Assembly: GCF_003019035.1 (NCBI RefSeq)
Contig: NZ_CP027447.1
Length of the DNA: 64,000 nucleotides
Reading direction: 5' to 3' (one strand)
Origin: Escherichia coli
GTDB lineage: Bacteria; Pseudomonadota; Gammaproteobacteria; Enterobacterales; Enterobacteriaceae
Below, piece after piece: positions 26,933 to 37,549 of this stretch. Both the position numbers and the translations under genes were made by a program. The notes below the pieces were generated by a model. It did not search any database. It saw only the letters and a list, made by a program, of their open reading frames with translations, and was not told the origin of the DNA. Every line of letters begins with the position of its first letter. Within the stretch, counting starts at the first letter, position 1.

Positions 26933-27871
26933 TTACTGTAATTGAGTTTGCTGGATCAAGATTTCAACTTGTGACTGGCGAGGAATGGGGGCAACTGCGC
27001 CATAACCGGTTGTTGTCAGCGCAGCGGCGGCGTTGGCGTAGCACAGCGCCTCTTCCGGCGAATCACCTTTGATAATGCGGTAAAGAAAAGCACCCGAGAA
27101 GCAGTCCCCAGCCCCGGTCGCGTCGACGGTGGCGACTTTATGGCCAGAGTAGATGATTCGCCTGTTCTCATTGGCGAACATCGCGCCTTCCGCACCCATT
27201 TTTAACACCACATTCTTTGCCCCGAGCTGGAGATAGAAATCCGTAATTTCATCTGCATGATGCTTCCCGGTTAGCAAACGGGCCTCATCGAGGCTAGGCA
27301 TGCAGTAATCTACGTGGCGTATTGTTTCATGGATGATGGCGCGGGCGCGGGCTAACGGCCACAGTTTGAGCCGCAGATTGGTGTCGAAGGAAATCAGCGT
27401 TTGGTGCTTTTGGCACAGTTCAATAGCGTGAAAAAGCGCATCACTGACGTTATTGCCAATGGCGTGCGTGATGGCCGAACTGTGAAATAAGCGCGCGGCG
27501 GCAATCGCGGACTCATTGATATCATCGACCGTCATCGTAGAGGCCGCAGAGCCTTTACGATAAAAGGTAAAGTGGTGGCCTTGTTCATTGTGAGAAATAA
27601 AATAGATCCCCGTCGGGGCCATTTTATGCGTGCAAACCCATTGATGATCGACCTTTTCTTCATCCCATAATGCGCGGAATTTCTGCCCAAATATGTCGTC
27701 GCCAAGTCGGGTTAACATAGCAACTTTAGCGCCTTGTCGCGCCGCGCTAATGGCGAAATTCGATGTATCACCGCCAAATCCGCTGAGATAATGCTGCTCA
27801 GAATGCTCTGTGGGAAGCTGATTGAATTCAAAAAGCGGCTCACCAAATGAAAGAATATCGAACTGCTTCAT
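26933..27871 (-). CDS. PfkB family carbohydrate kinase, 2-dehydro-3-deoxygluconokinase-like (accessory cluster)
   Basis: ORF 26933..27904; likely start MKQFDIL at 27871, preceded by GGAGAA; PfkB motifs GG (SGFGGD) and VDATGAGDCFSGAF. Confidence 0.8.
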   Translation of the reverse strand: MKQFDILSFGEPLFEFNQLPTEHSEQHYLSGFGGDTSNFAISAARQGAKVAMLTRLGDDIFGQKFRALWDEEKVDHQWVCTHKMAPTGIYFISHNEQGHHFTFYRKGSAASTMTVDDINESAIAAARLFHSSAITHAIGNNVSDALFHAIELCQKHQTLISFDTNLRLKLWPLARARAIIHETIRHVDYCMPSLDEARLLTGKHHADEITDFYLQLGAKNVVLKMGAEGAMFANENRRIIYSGHKVATVDATGAGDCFSGAFLYRIIKGDSPEEALCYANAAAALTTTGYGAVAPIPRQSQVEILIQQTQLQ

Positions 27872-27936
27872 TACGTTCTCCATGTGATAGTCTAGGCTCG
27901 CCATCGGCCAGATTGGCTGATGGCGGCATAGGAAGG

Positions 27937-28593
27937 TTAGATTCGGCCGTATTTCGCCAGGCCTTCACGCAGAGAACCAGACTGTATAATCAGTTTGGCC
28001 TGTTCCAGCTCGCGGCTATCAATGGATTGTGCCAGTGCTAATACTTCTGCTGCGACCGCCTGCGGTACGCACACCACGCCGTCGATATCCCCGACAATCA
28101 AATCTCCCGGATTCACCGTGACATCGCCGATGGTGACGGGCTGATTGGCTGAAATTGTTTTGAAACGACCAAGCGTAGTGCCTGGGGTTACCGTTTTGGC
28201 GTAAACCGGGAAATCGTAATCGCGACGGATCTCCGCCAGGTCACGTACGCCGCCGTTCAACACTGCAGCTTCATGTTTATTGGCAACAGCCCCGGCGGTC
28301 ATTAGCCCGCCCCAGACGGCAACGGTTTCCAGCGACGGATTTCCGGTAATGACGATGACCGAACCGCTGGCGGATTCGTCAATGGCGTCCAGCGCATGCT
28401 GCGGTGGCAGTTTTTCGTCAGTGACGTCTTCATAAATGGTGACGGCCGGGCCAACGATTTTTTTGTCGTTGATGCGGTTTTTGATTTCAAAAGGCAGGAA
28501 CATCGTTTTGCCCAAGATCTGATCGCAGGCGTCAGCGACAGAAGCGGTCGAAAAAATAGTGCGAAAACCGTCGATAATATTTTTGCTGTACAT
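27937..28593 (-). CDS. RraA family protein, probable class II 4-hydroxy-2-oxoacid aldolase (accessory cluster)
   Basis: ORF track is N-extended; the internal start MYSKNIIDGF at 28593 has a GAGGAA ribosome-binding site; about 218 aa; family assigned by overall resemblance, not by search. Confidence 0.7.
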   Translation of the reverse strand: MYSKNIIDGFRTIFSTASVADACDQILGKTMFLPFEIKNRINDKKIVGPAVTIYEDVTDEKLPPQHALDAIDESASGSVIVITGNPSLETVAVWGGLMTAGAVANKHEAAVLNGGVRDLAEIRRDYDFPVYAKTVTPGTTLGRFKTISANQPVTIGDVTVNPGDLIVGDIDGVVCVPQAVAAEVLALAQSIDSRELEQAKLIIQSGSLREGLAKYGRI

Positions 28594-28624
28594 AACTCTT
28601 CCTCTCTTTATAGCGAATACTAAT

Positions 28625-29584
28625 TTATGGATTAACCCAATTAAGCGGATGCTCGCCTTCAAACGCCCGACGCACTTCATGCGCGGCTTTACTTTGCAAC
28701 TCGACCACCGACTCTTCGGTAAACCAGGCGGTGTGGTCCGTACATAAGGTGTTATCCATTTGCAGCAATGGACTTTTTGCACTGAGGGGTTCGGATTCAA
28801 AAACGTCGAGTCCGGCGGCGAAAATGCGCTTTTGTAGCAGGGCGTTGATCAGCGCCTGCTCATCGATAAGCCCGCCGCGTGAGGTATTGACCAGTACGGC
28901 GCTGGGCTTCATTTTGGCCAGTTCGGCTTCACCGATAAGATGATGGGTGTCCGGGGTTAGCGGGGCGTGAAGAGAAATGAAGTCCGCTTCACGGCACAGC
29001 GTATCGAGATTGACTCGCGTCACGCCTGCTTGTGAAGCCTGTTCATCGGTAAGTAGCGGATCAACTACCAGGATGCGCTTAAAGCCGAACCCTGATGCTT
29101 TTTGTACAAAGCAGCGGGAGATCCGGCCAAAACCGACGACGCCGAGAATTTTTCCCGCCAAGCGGAACATAGGTTCGCGCTGGCCAATTCCCCACTGACC
29201 ATCGCGAACATCACGGTTGCGGGTGGCGATACGGCGTGTTGCGGCCAGTAGTAACGCCAGAGCGTGCTCAGCAACATCTTCCGAGCCGTAGTCTGGTACG
29301 TTAGCGACGTAAATACCTTTTTCTTTGGCGGCCTGGCTATCGATATTGTCTACACCGACGCCATAGCGCACGATAACGCGGCATTGCTGCATCGCTTCAA
29401 TCATAGGGCGACTGACGGTTGCTTCGCGGACCATGATGGCGTCAGCATTGCTTACCTGGCGCAGTTTTTCTTCCAGTGAAGCGTTTGCTGGAACAACAAC
29501 AAACTGCGGATCCCAATCCTGTAAAATATTTTCTTCTGCAGAATAATTTAAATATCCAGGTTCAATAACTACTATTTTCTTCAT
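28625..29584 (-). CDS. D-isomer-specific 2-hydroxyacid dehydrogenase, NAD-binding (accessory cluster)
   Basis: 319 aa; Rossmann motif GVVGFGRIS; family resemblance to glycerate/hydroxypyruvate reductases. Confidence 0.8.
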   Translation of the reverse strand: MKKIVVIEPGYLNYSAEENILQDWDPQFVVVPANASLEEKLRQVSNADAIMVREATVSRPMIEAMQQCRVIVRYGVGVDNIDSQAAKEKGIYVANVPDYGSEDVAEHALALLLAATRRIATRNRDVRDGQWGIGQREPMFRLAGKILGVVGFGRISRCFVQKASGFGFKRILVVDPLLTDEQASQAGVTRVNLDTLCREADFISLHAPLTPDTHHLIGEAELAKMKPSAVLVNTSRGGLIDEQALINALLQKRIFAAGLDVFESEPLSAKSPLLQMDNTLCTDHTAWFTEESVVELQSKAAHEVRRAFEGEHPLNWVNP

Positions 29585-29699
29585 AATATCTACCGTTCTT
29601 AATTATAAAATTAAGTGTTTTAATTTCTACGGCTGTAGTTCGCCGCATCCTGAAAACAGAATGTGAAATTAATGAATGTTTTGTTTGTGGTTTATATCA

Positions 29700-31037
29700 T
29701 CACAGAGTAACGGGTTTGGCGTCCACGATAGCTATATTCTTTAACCAGCGGACAATTAATATTGTGACGATCCCGCCGATTAGCATAACCGCGCTTAAAT
29801 ATAACATCGGTGCCGAGTCGCTTTTTTCTAAATCACGTACCAGAGGGATGGTGTTTTGCGCGAAAAACCCCCCCAGATTTGCCAGTGAATTAATAATAGC
29901 AATGCCTGCAGCCGCCGTTGCGCCTGAAAGAAATTTCGTTAAATTCCAGAAGCAGGGTTGAATTGCAAATACTGATAATACAACGCCGCAAATACAGATG
30001 AAGCTAATAACCGGCTGGGCGAATGTCCAGACCGAGAGCAGCAGACATATTGCAGCGGTGAACATAGGTAATGCGACATTAATATAAGGATTCTCGGTAC
30101 GTTCTGGCTTACTGGTTATCCAGCGCAGCATGATGATAACCATCGCCCATGGGATCATATTGACCAGACCATTCATCATATCCGAGGCACCGAACGTTTT
30201 AACAATAGTTGGCATCCAGTAGCTGATACCGTAGGCACCAAAGCAGATGAACCCGTATACCAGCGCGAGGGCCAGAACACGCCAGTCGGTCAGCGATTTA
30301 CCCAGGCTATTGACCGATTTATCGGTGTTGGCATCCTGTTCGGCGGCCAGTTTTTTAATCAACCAGCTCTTCTCTTCCGCATTCAAGAAGCGAGCCTGTT
30401 CCGGTCCTTGCGGAAACCATAGCAGCACTGGGGCAATCAGCAGAAGTGCAAGCACCCCCGTCGCCAGGAATAACCACTGCCATCCTTCCAGCCCCATAAA
30501 GCCGTGCATGCTAAGCAGTGAGCCGTTAATTGGGGCACCAATCATATTTGCCACCATGCTGGCGGTGACTAAAAAGCCGACAATACGTGGACGATACTTT
30601 AAAGGGAACCATTTGGTAGAATAGTAAATTAGCCCAGGGTAAAAGCTGGCTTCGGCAACACCAAGAATAAAACGCAAAGTATAAAATGTTGACATTTTTT
30701 CGGTCCACGCCAGCGCCATAGTAATAACTCCCCATGACAACAGGCTAATAGTGAACCAGCGTTTAGCACCTACCTTCGATAAAATTAAATTTCCGGGAAC
30801 GCTAAAAACCAAATAACCGATGAAAAAAAGTGATGCGCCGAGGCCAAAAGCTGCTTCACTCCAGCCCAGGCTGTCTACCATTTGTAATTTAGCAAAACTG
30901 ATATTCTGACGATCTATATACGCCACGATGTACATCAATACCATCAGTGGAACAAGTTTCCTGGTTGTTTTTGTTACAATGATTTTTTCTAAATCATTTT
31001 TTGCATCCAGGGACTGTTGCTGTATTGAATGACTCAT
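29700..31037 (-). CDS. MFS transporter, anion:cation symporter-like (accessory cluster)
   Basis: ORF 29700..31103; likely start MSHSIQQQ at 31037; about 12 predicted helices; motif YIDRQNISFAK typical of organic-acid and sugar-acid permeases. Confidence 0.8.
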   Translation of the reverse strand: MSHSIQQQSLDAKNDLEKIIVTKTTRKLVPLMVLMYIVAYIDRQNISFAKLQMVDSLGWSEAAFGLGASLFFIGYLVFSVPGNLILSKVGAKRWFTISLLSWGVITMALAWTEKMSTFYTLRFILGVAEASFYPGLIYYSTKWFPLKYRPRIVGFLVTASMVANMIGAPINGSLLSMHGFMGLEGWQWLFLATGVLALLLIAPVLLWFPQGPEQARFLNAEEKSWLIKKLAAEQDANTDKSVNSLGKSLTDWRVLALALVYGFICFGAYGISYWMPTIVKTFGASDMMNGLVNMIPWAMVIIMLRWITSKPERTENPYINVALPMFTAAICLLLSVWTFAQPVISFICICGVVLSVFAIQPCFWNLTKFLSGATAAAGIAIINSLANLGGFFAQNTIPLVRDLEKSDSAPMLYLSAVMLIGGIVTILIVRWLKNIAIVDAKPVTL

Positions 31038-31161
31038 AACACGTGTTTCCTGAATAAAGTCATAAGATCTGGCGCTCGTCCTCACACCATTGCACGGAGA
31101 CAAGATTTTGTCTGCATAGAGACGCCGTTGTTTTAGCCAGTTGAGATATTATTACCTAAAC

Positions 31162-31412
31162 TGACATGTCACAAAGATATCACTCATTTTTTATGTGGCG
31201 ACAGGATGTGTAAAAACTTGCCGCTTTGATCACAATTAATGGCGATAAAAGTGCTTTTTAGTGTGATGCTTGTCACTAAAAAATGGGATGAATAATCTTT
31301 TTTGACATGTCAGATTTGGGGTTTGTGAATGCAATAAATCACACTGTTGCAGTGGGTTGGCGCGTTAATCATGGAATAAAGGATATTTTTTTATAACTAA
31401 CATGTCAGATTG
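31162..31412. promoter_or_regulatory. leader of the accessory cluster with three copies of the palindromic motif ACATGTCA (two are the perfect 10-mer TGACATGTCA)
   Basis: TGACATGTCA at 31162-31171 and 31303-31312; TAACATGTCAGATT at 31399-31412; all upstream of the MFS start at 31037. Confidence 0.5.
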
Positions 31413-31441
31413 TGGCCCTTGTCAGGAAAGGGCCAGCCTGA

Positions 31442-31771
<330 letters not shown>

Positions 31772-31809
31772 TTATTTTCCCCTCCCGACTTTCATTGAGC
31801 GATTTTCCT

Positions 31810-33831
31810 ATGCGTCTAAACCCCGGCCAACAACAAGCTGTCGAATTCGTTACCGGCCCCTGCCTGGTGCTGGCGGGCGCGGGTTCCGGTAAAACTCGTG
31901 TTATCACCAATAAAATCGCCCATCTGATCCGCGGTTGTGGTTATCAGGCACGACATATCGCGGCAGTGACCTTTACCAATAAGGCGGCGCGCGAGATGAA
32001 AGAGCGTGTCGGGCAGACGCTGGGTCGCAAAGAGGCGCGCGGGCTGATGATCTCCACCTTCCACACACTGGGGCTGGATATCATCAAACGCGAGTATGCG
32101 GCGTTGGGGATGAAAGCAAACTTCTCGTTGTTTGACGATACCGATCAGCTTGCTTTGCTTAAAGAGCTGACCGAGGGGCTGATTGAAGATGACAAAGTTC
32201 TCCTGCAACAGCTGATTTCGACCATCTCCAACTGGAAGAACGATCTCAAAACTCCGGCGCAGGCGGCGGCAGAGGCAAAGGGCGAGCGGGATCGTATTTT
32301 TGCCCATTGTTATGGGCTGTATGATGCACACCTGAAAGCCTGTAACGTTCTCGACTTCGATGACCTGATTTTATTGCCGACGTTGCTGCTGCAACGCAAT
32401 GAAGAAGTACGCGAACGCTGGCAGAACAAAATTCTCTACCTGCTGGTGGATGAGTATCAGGACACCAACACCAGCCAGTATGAACTGGTGAAACTGCTGG
32501 TGGGCAGCCGCGCGCGCTTTACCGTAGTTGGCGATGACGATCAGTCGATCTACTCCTGGCGCGGTGCACGTCCGCAAAACCTGGTGCTGTTGAGTCAGGA
32601 TTTCCCGGCACTGAAGGTGATTAAGCTTGAGCAGAACTACCGCTCTTCCGGACGTATTCTGAAAGCGGCGAACATCCTGATCGCCAATAACCCGCACGTC
32701 TTTGAAAAGCGTCTGTTCTCCGAACTGGGCTATGGCGCGGAGCTAAAAGTTTTAAGCGCGAATAACGAAGAACATGAAGCCGAGAGAGTCACCGGCGAGC
32801 TGATCGCGCATCACTTCGTCAATAAAACGCAGTACAAAGATTACGCCATTCTTTATCGCGGCAACCATCAGTCGCGGGTGTTTGAAAAATTCCTGATGCA
32901 AAACCGCATCCCGTACAAAATTTCTGGTGGTACGTCGTTTTTCTCTCGCCCTGAAATCAAGGATTTGCTGGCTTATCTGCGCGTGCTGACTAACCCGGAC
33001 GATGACAGCGCATTCCTGCGTATCGTTAACACGCCGAAGCGAGAGATTGGCCCGGCTACGCTGAAAAAGCTGGGTGAGTGGGCGATGACGCGCAATAAAA
33101 GCATGTTTACCGCCAGCTTTGATATGGGCCTGAGTCAGACCCTGAGCGGACGTGGTTATGAAGCATTGACCCGCTTCACTCACTGGTTGGCAGAAATCCA
33201 GCGCCTGGCGGAGCGAGAGCCGATTGCCGCCGTGCGTGATCTGATCCACGGCATGGATTATGAATCCTGGCTGTACGAAACATCGCCCAGCCCGAAAGCT
33301 GCCGAAATGCGCATGAAGAACGTCAACCAACTGTTTAGCTGGATGACGGAGATGCTGGAAGGCAGCGAACTGGATGAGCCGATGACGCTCACCCAGGTGG
33401 TGACGCGCTTTACTTTGCGCGACATGATGGAGCGCGGCGAGAGCGAGGAAGAGTTAGATCAGGTACAACTGATGACTCTGCACGCGTCGAAAGGGCTGGA
33501 GTTTCCTTATGTCTACATGGTCGGTATGGAAGAAGGTTTTTTGCCGCACCAGAGCAGCATCGATGAAGATAATATCGATGAGGAGCGGCGGCTGGCCTAT
33601 GTCGGCATTACTCGCGCCCAGAAGGAATTGACCTTTACGCTGTGTAAAGAACGCCGTCAGTACGGCGAACTGGTGCGCCCGGAGCCGAGTCGCTTCCTGC
33701 TGGAGCTGCCGCAGGATGATTTGATTTGGGAACAGGAGCGCAAAGTGGTCAGCGCCGAAGAACGGATGCAGAAAGGGCAAAGCCATCTGGCGAATCTGAA
33801 AGCGATGATGGCGGCAAAACGAGGGAAATAA
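31810..33831 (+). CDS. rep: ATP-dependent DNA helicase Rep
   Basis: recalled protein begins [31 protein letters not shown] at the ATG at 31810; 673 aa; UvrD-family helicase motifs. Confidence 0.96.
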   Translation: MRLNPGQQQAVEFVTGPCLVLAGAGSGKTRVITNKIAHLIRGCGYQARHIAAVTFTNKAAREMKERVGQTLGRKEARGLMISTFHTLGLDIIKREYAALGMKANFSLFDDTDQLALLKELTEGLIEDDKVLLQQLISTISNWKNDLKTPAQAAAEAKGERDRIFAHCYGLYDAHLKACNVLDFDDLILLPTLLLQRNEEVRERWQNKILYLLVDEYQDTNTSQYELVKLLVGSRARFTVVGDDDQSIYSWRGARPQNLVLLSQDFPALKVIKLEQNYRSSGRILKAANILIANNPHVFEKRLFSELGYGAELKVLSANNEEHEAERVTGELIAHHFVNKTQYKDYAILYRGNHQSRVFEKFLMQNRIPYKISGGTSFFSRPEIKDLLAYLRVLTNPDDDSAFLRIVNTPKREIGPATLKKLGEWAMTRNKSMFTASFDMGLSQTLSGRGYEALTRFTHWLAEIQRLAEREPIAAVRDLIHGMDYESWLYETSPSPKAAEMRMKNVNQLFSWMTEMLEGSELDEPMTLTQVVTRFTLRDMMERGESEEELDQVQLMTLHASKGLEFPYVYMVGMEEGFLPHQSSIDEDNIDEERRLAYVGITRAQKELTFTLCKERRQYGELVRPEPSRFLLELPQDDLIWEQERKVVSAEERMQKGQSHLANLKAMMAAKRGK

Positions 33832-33846
33832 TCAAGGCCGGAAAAG

Positions 33847-33869
33847 ATGTGTCAGCATCGCATCCGGCA
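33847..33869. repeat. partial REP-like element in the rep-gppA convergent gap
   Basis: ATGTGTCAGCATCGCATCCGGCAC resembles the REP consensus seen at 55352-55455. Confidence 0.5.
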
Positions 33870-33877
33870 CTTACTCA

Positions 33878-35362
33878 TTAATGCACTTCCAGCGGCCAGT
33901 GGACATAGCTCTGCCACTGGCTTTCCTGATCAATAATCTCTTTACCCAGCGGATGTTGGGTTAGCCAACCTTGCGGAAGCGTCAAGGTCAACAGTTCATG
34001 GTTAGCCTGTAATGTCATCTCTGGCACGAGATCGTCACGGCGACGGCTGGCAAAAATGATAGCCAGGCGGAGTAAACGGCAGAGTTGTTCTGCGACGCGC
34101 GGTGGTACGGCATTTTGCTGATGCAGCGATGAGAGATCGACCGGATTAGTCTGGTTGAGCAGTAGCGTCGCCAGCAGTTTTTTCTGTGCGGGGGTAAAAC
34201 CGGGAAGATCCAGATTACGTACCAGATAAGCAGCGTGTTGCGGCGCTTGTTTGAAGTCAACGCTCAGGCCGATTTCATGAAGCTGGCAGGCGCTGATGAG
34301 CAAATCGCGGCTTATTGCTTCAAGATGCCATTCATTTTCCACCTGATCGAAGAAGTTAGCCGCAACTTTGGCTACGCGCTGTGCCTGATCAATATCGATC
34401 ATAAAGCGGCGCTGAATATTACGCAGCGTACGGCTGCGAATATCCTGCTCGACGGTAAGATGCAACATACCGTAGACCAGGCCTTCACGCAGCGCACCGC
34501 CCGCCAGGGTCATACACTGAATATTCAGTTCGGTAAAAATGGCTATCAGGATCGCCAGACCACTCGGGAACACTAACGCACGTTCCAGCGTCAGCCCGTC
34601 AATCTCTAGCTCTTCCAGCCGACCGCAATGAATGGCGCGTTGTTTCAGTTGCTGCAACTTTTCCAGGGTAATGCGTTCATCCATCCCCTGTGCCATCATG
34701 ATTTCCTGTAACGCCTGCACGGTGCCGGAAGCGCCAACGCACACTTTCCAGCCGTGATACCGTAATTCATCGGCAACCGGACGTAACACTTCGCGTGCCG
34801 CTTTTTCTGCAGCATCAAAATTTTCCTGCCCCAGATTACGATCGGCAAAATAGCGTTCCAGCCAGGTGACGCAGCCCATCGACAGGCTGAACAACGAGGT
34901 GGTTTGTGCACCCGTGCCGGTTACCAGTTCCGTACTGGCACCGCCTATATCCACCACCAGGCGCTGATCGGCACCGCCAGTGGTGTGAGCAACGCCCTGA
35001 TAAATCAGACGCGCTTCCTCTTCACCGCTGATCACCTGTACCGGACAACCGAGGATTTCCTGCGCTTTGGCAATAAAATCGCCCGCATTGACGGCAAGGC
35101 GTAATGTCGCCGTAGCGACAACGCGAATTTGCGAGGGAGGGATATCTTGCAGACGTTCAGCAAACAGGCGCAAACATTGCCAACCGCGCTCCATTGCTTC
35201 ATTAGACAGGGCATTTTCGCTGTTCAGGCCAGCAGCCAGACGCACTTTGCGTTTAATTCGCGTCAGCGTCTGGATGCTTCCAGCCACCTCGCGCACAACC
35301 AGCATATGAAAACTATTCGAACCGAGATCAATGGCTGCATACAGCGACGAGGTGGAACCCAT
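33878..35362 (-). CDS. gppA: guanosine pentaphosphate phosphohydrolase
   Basis: ORF track N-extended by 3 codons; recalled protein starts [20 protein letters not shown]; 494 aa. Confidence 0.94.
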   Translation of the reverse strand: MGSTSSLYAAIDLGSNSFHMLVVREVAGSIQTLTRIKRKVRLAAGLNSENALSNEAMERGWQCLRLFAERLQDIPPSQIRVVATATLRLAVNAGDFIAKAQEILGCPVQVISGEEEARLIYQGVAHTTGGADQRLVVDIGGASTELVTGTGAQTTSLFSLSMGCVTWLERYFADRNLGQENFDAAEKAAREVLRPVADELRYHGWKVCVGASGTVQALQEIMMAQGMDERITLEKLQQLKQRAIHCGRLEELEIDGLTLERALVFPSGLAILIAIFTELNIQCMTLAGGALREGLVYGMLHLTVEQDIRSRTLRNIQRRFMIDIDQAQRVAKVAANFFDQVENEWHLEAISRDLLISACQLHEIGLSVDFKQAPQHAAYLVRNLDLPGFTPAQKKLLATLLLNQTNPVDLSSLHQQNAVPPRVAEQLCRLLRLAIIFASRRRDDLVPEMTLQANHELLTLTLPQGWLTQHPLGKEIIDQESQWQSYVHWPLEVH

Positions 35363-35497
35363 ACTCTTCATCCTTCAATCTGTCTCTGTGTTGGCTGCAT
35401 TCTTTCACCTGAATCACTTACTACAGTAAGCTCATCGGGGTTCATTCTCTTGCCATCTTGATACAGTTTGAATGATTTTGAGTATGACATTTTTTAT

Positions 35498-36763
35498 TTA
35501 ACCTGAACGACGACGATTACGCGGAGCGCCAGTACGACGCGGACCATTGCCTGTGCGCGGGCGCGTGAGGCGCAGCGGTTTTGGCAGATCGGTCATCAAT
35601 GCGTCCGGATTGTATTTGCTTACCGGAATTGAGTGACCAATATAGGTCTCAATAGCAGGCAAATTCAATGCATACTCTTCACATGCCAGGCTGATGGAAT
35701 GACCACTTGCGCCTGCACGACCTGTACGACCAATACGGTGAACGTAATCTTCACAGTCATCGGGTAAATCGTAGTTAAAGACGTGCGTCACAGCCGGGAT
35801 ATGCAGGCCACGCGCGGCAACGTCGGTGGCAACCAGAATATCCAGATCCCCACGGGTAAATTCATCAAGAATACGCAGACGTTTTTTCTGCGCGACATCG
35901 CCTGTCAACAAACCGACACGATGACCATCTGCCGCCAGGTGGCCCCAGATCTCTTCACAACGGTGTTTGGTGTTGGCGAAAATAATCGCTCTGTCTGGCC
36001 ACTCTTCTTCGATCAGCGTTTGCAGCAAACGCATTTTTTCTTCGTTAGAAGGGTAGAAAAGCTCTTCTTTAATACGGTGGCCCGTTTTCTGTTCCGGTTC
36101 CACTTCAATATATTCGGCATTGTTCATCTGCTCGAACGCCAGTTCACGTACCCGGTACGAAAGCGTGGCGGAGAACAGCATGTTGAGGCGCTGGTTTGCA
36201 GGCGGCATACGGCGGAACAGCCAGCGGATATCTTTAATAAAGCCCAGATCGTACATACGATCGGCTTCGTCCAGTACCACTACCTGAATGGCACCGAGGT
36301 TAATGTGGTTCTGCTTGGCGTAGTCAATTAAACGACCCGTGGTGCCAATCAGAATGTCAACGCCGCTTTCCAGCACTTTCAGCTGTTTGTCGTAGCCATC
36401 ACCACCGTAAGCCAGACCCAGCTTCAGGCCGGTAGCTTGCGCAAGTGGTTCCGCGTCGGCGTGGATCTGCACGGCAAGTTCACGCGTCGGTGCCATAATT
36501 AAGGCACGCGGTTGATTCACCTTGCGATCGGCTATCGCAGGATGAGAGAGAAGATAATGAAACGTTGACGTAAGAAACGCCATCGTTTTCCCGGTACCGG
36601 TTTGCGCCTGCCCGGCTACGTCACGACCCGCCAGCGTCAGCGGAAGGGCCAGTGCCTGAATGGGCGTACAGTTATGAAACCCTTTTTTTTCAAGGGCTTC
36701 TACAACCTTCGGATGCAGGGCGAAGTCGGAAAACTTCTGTTCTGTTAAATGTGTTTTGCTCAT
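35498..36763 (-). CDS. rhlB: ATP-dependent RNA helicase RhlB (DEAD box)
   Basis: 421 aa with DEAD, SAT and GRTGR motifs and an arginine-rich C-terminus. Confidence 0.96.
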   Translation of the reverse strand: MSKTHLTEQKFSDFALHPKVVEALEKKGFHNCTPIQALALPLTLAGRDVAGQAQTGTGKTMAFLTSTFHYLLSHPAIADRKVNQPRALIMAPTRELAVQIHADAEPLAQATGLKLGLAYGGDGYDKQLKVLESGVDILIGTTGRLIDYAKQNHINLGAIQVVVLDEADRMYDLGFIKDIRWLFRRMPPANQRLNMLFSATLSYRVRELAFEQMNNAEYIEVEPEQKTGHRIKEELFYPSNEEKMRLLQTLIEEEWPDRAIIFANTKHRCEEIWGHLAADGHRVGLLTGDVAQKKRLRILDEFTRGDLDILVATDVAARGLHIPAVTHVFNYDLPDDCEDYVHRIGRTGRAGASGHSISLACEEYALNLPAIETYIGHSIPVSKYNPDALMTDLPKPLRLTRPRTGNGPRRTGAPRNRRRSG

Positions 36764-36893
36764 AGTGTGGTAGAATATCAGCTTACTATTGCTTTACGAA
36801 AGCGTATCCGGTGAAATAAAGTCAACCTTTAGTTGGTTAATGTTACACCAACAACGAAACCAACACGCCAGGCTTATTCCTGTGGAGTTATAT

Positions 36894-37223
36894 ATGAGCG
36901 ATAAAATTATTCACCTGACTGACGACAGTTTTGACACGGATGTACTCAAAGCGGACGGGGCGATCCTCGTCGATTTCTGGGCAGAGTGGTGCGGTCCGTG
37001 CAAAATGATCGCCCCGATTCTGGATGAAATCGCTGACGAATATCAGGGCAAACTGACCGTTGCAAAACTGAACATCGATCAAAACCCTGGCACTGCGCCG
37101 AAATATGGTATCCGTGGTATCCCGACTCTGCTGCTGTTCAAAAACGGTGAAGTGGCGGCAACCAAAGTGGGCGCACTGTCTAAAGGTCAGTTGAAAGAGT
37201 TCCTCGACGCTAACCTGGCGTAA
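36894..37223 (+). CDS. trxA: thioredoxin 1
   Basis: recalled protein begins [13 protein letters not shown] at the ATG at 36894; WCGPC active site; 109 aa. Confidence 0.97.
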
Positions 37224-37363
37224 GGGAATTTCATGTTCGGGTGCCCCGTCGCTAAAAACTGGACGCCCGGCGTGAGTCATGCTAACTTAGTGTTGACTTC
37301 GTATTAAACATACCTTATTAAGTTTGAATCTTGTAATTTCCAACGCTTCCCGTTTTATCTTAA

Positions 37364-37465
37364 ATGCGAAGTGAACAGATTTCTGGCTCGTCACTCAATC
37401 CGTCTTGTCGTTTCAGTTCTGCGTACTCTCCTGTGACCAGGCAGCGAAAAGACATGAGTCGATGA
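37364..37465 (+). CDS. rhoL: rho operon leader peptide (33 aa)
   Basis: ATG CGA AGT GAA CAG ... ATG AGT CGA TGA translated by hand; lies in the rho leader. Confidence 0.75.
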   Translation: MRSEQISGSSLNPSCRFSSAYSPVTRQRKDMSR

Positions 37466-37549
37466 CCGTAAACAGGCATGGATGATCCTGCCATACCATT
37501 CACAACATTAAGTTCGAGATTTACCCCAAGTTTAAGAACTCACACCACT

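Noticed and set aside
26046-31441. Mobile-element or defence-island interpretation of the accessory cluster
   Set aside because: No integrase, transposase, phage gene, tRNA-adjacent attachment site, flanking direct repeat, nuclease, methylase or toxin-antitoxin pair is present. All five genes have metabolic or transport signatures, so a catabolic operon is the supported reading.
31795-36763. rep, rhlB and comM helicase/ATPase genes as components of a defence system
   Set aside because: These are conserved housekeeping genes in their standard core-genome positions, not clustered with nuclease or sensor partners.
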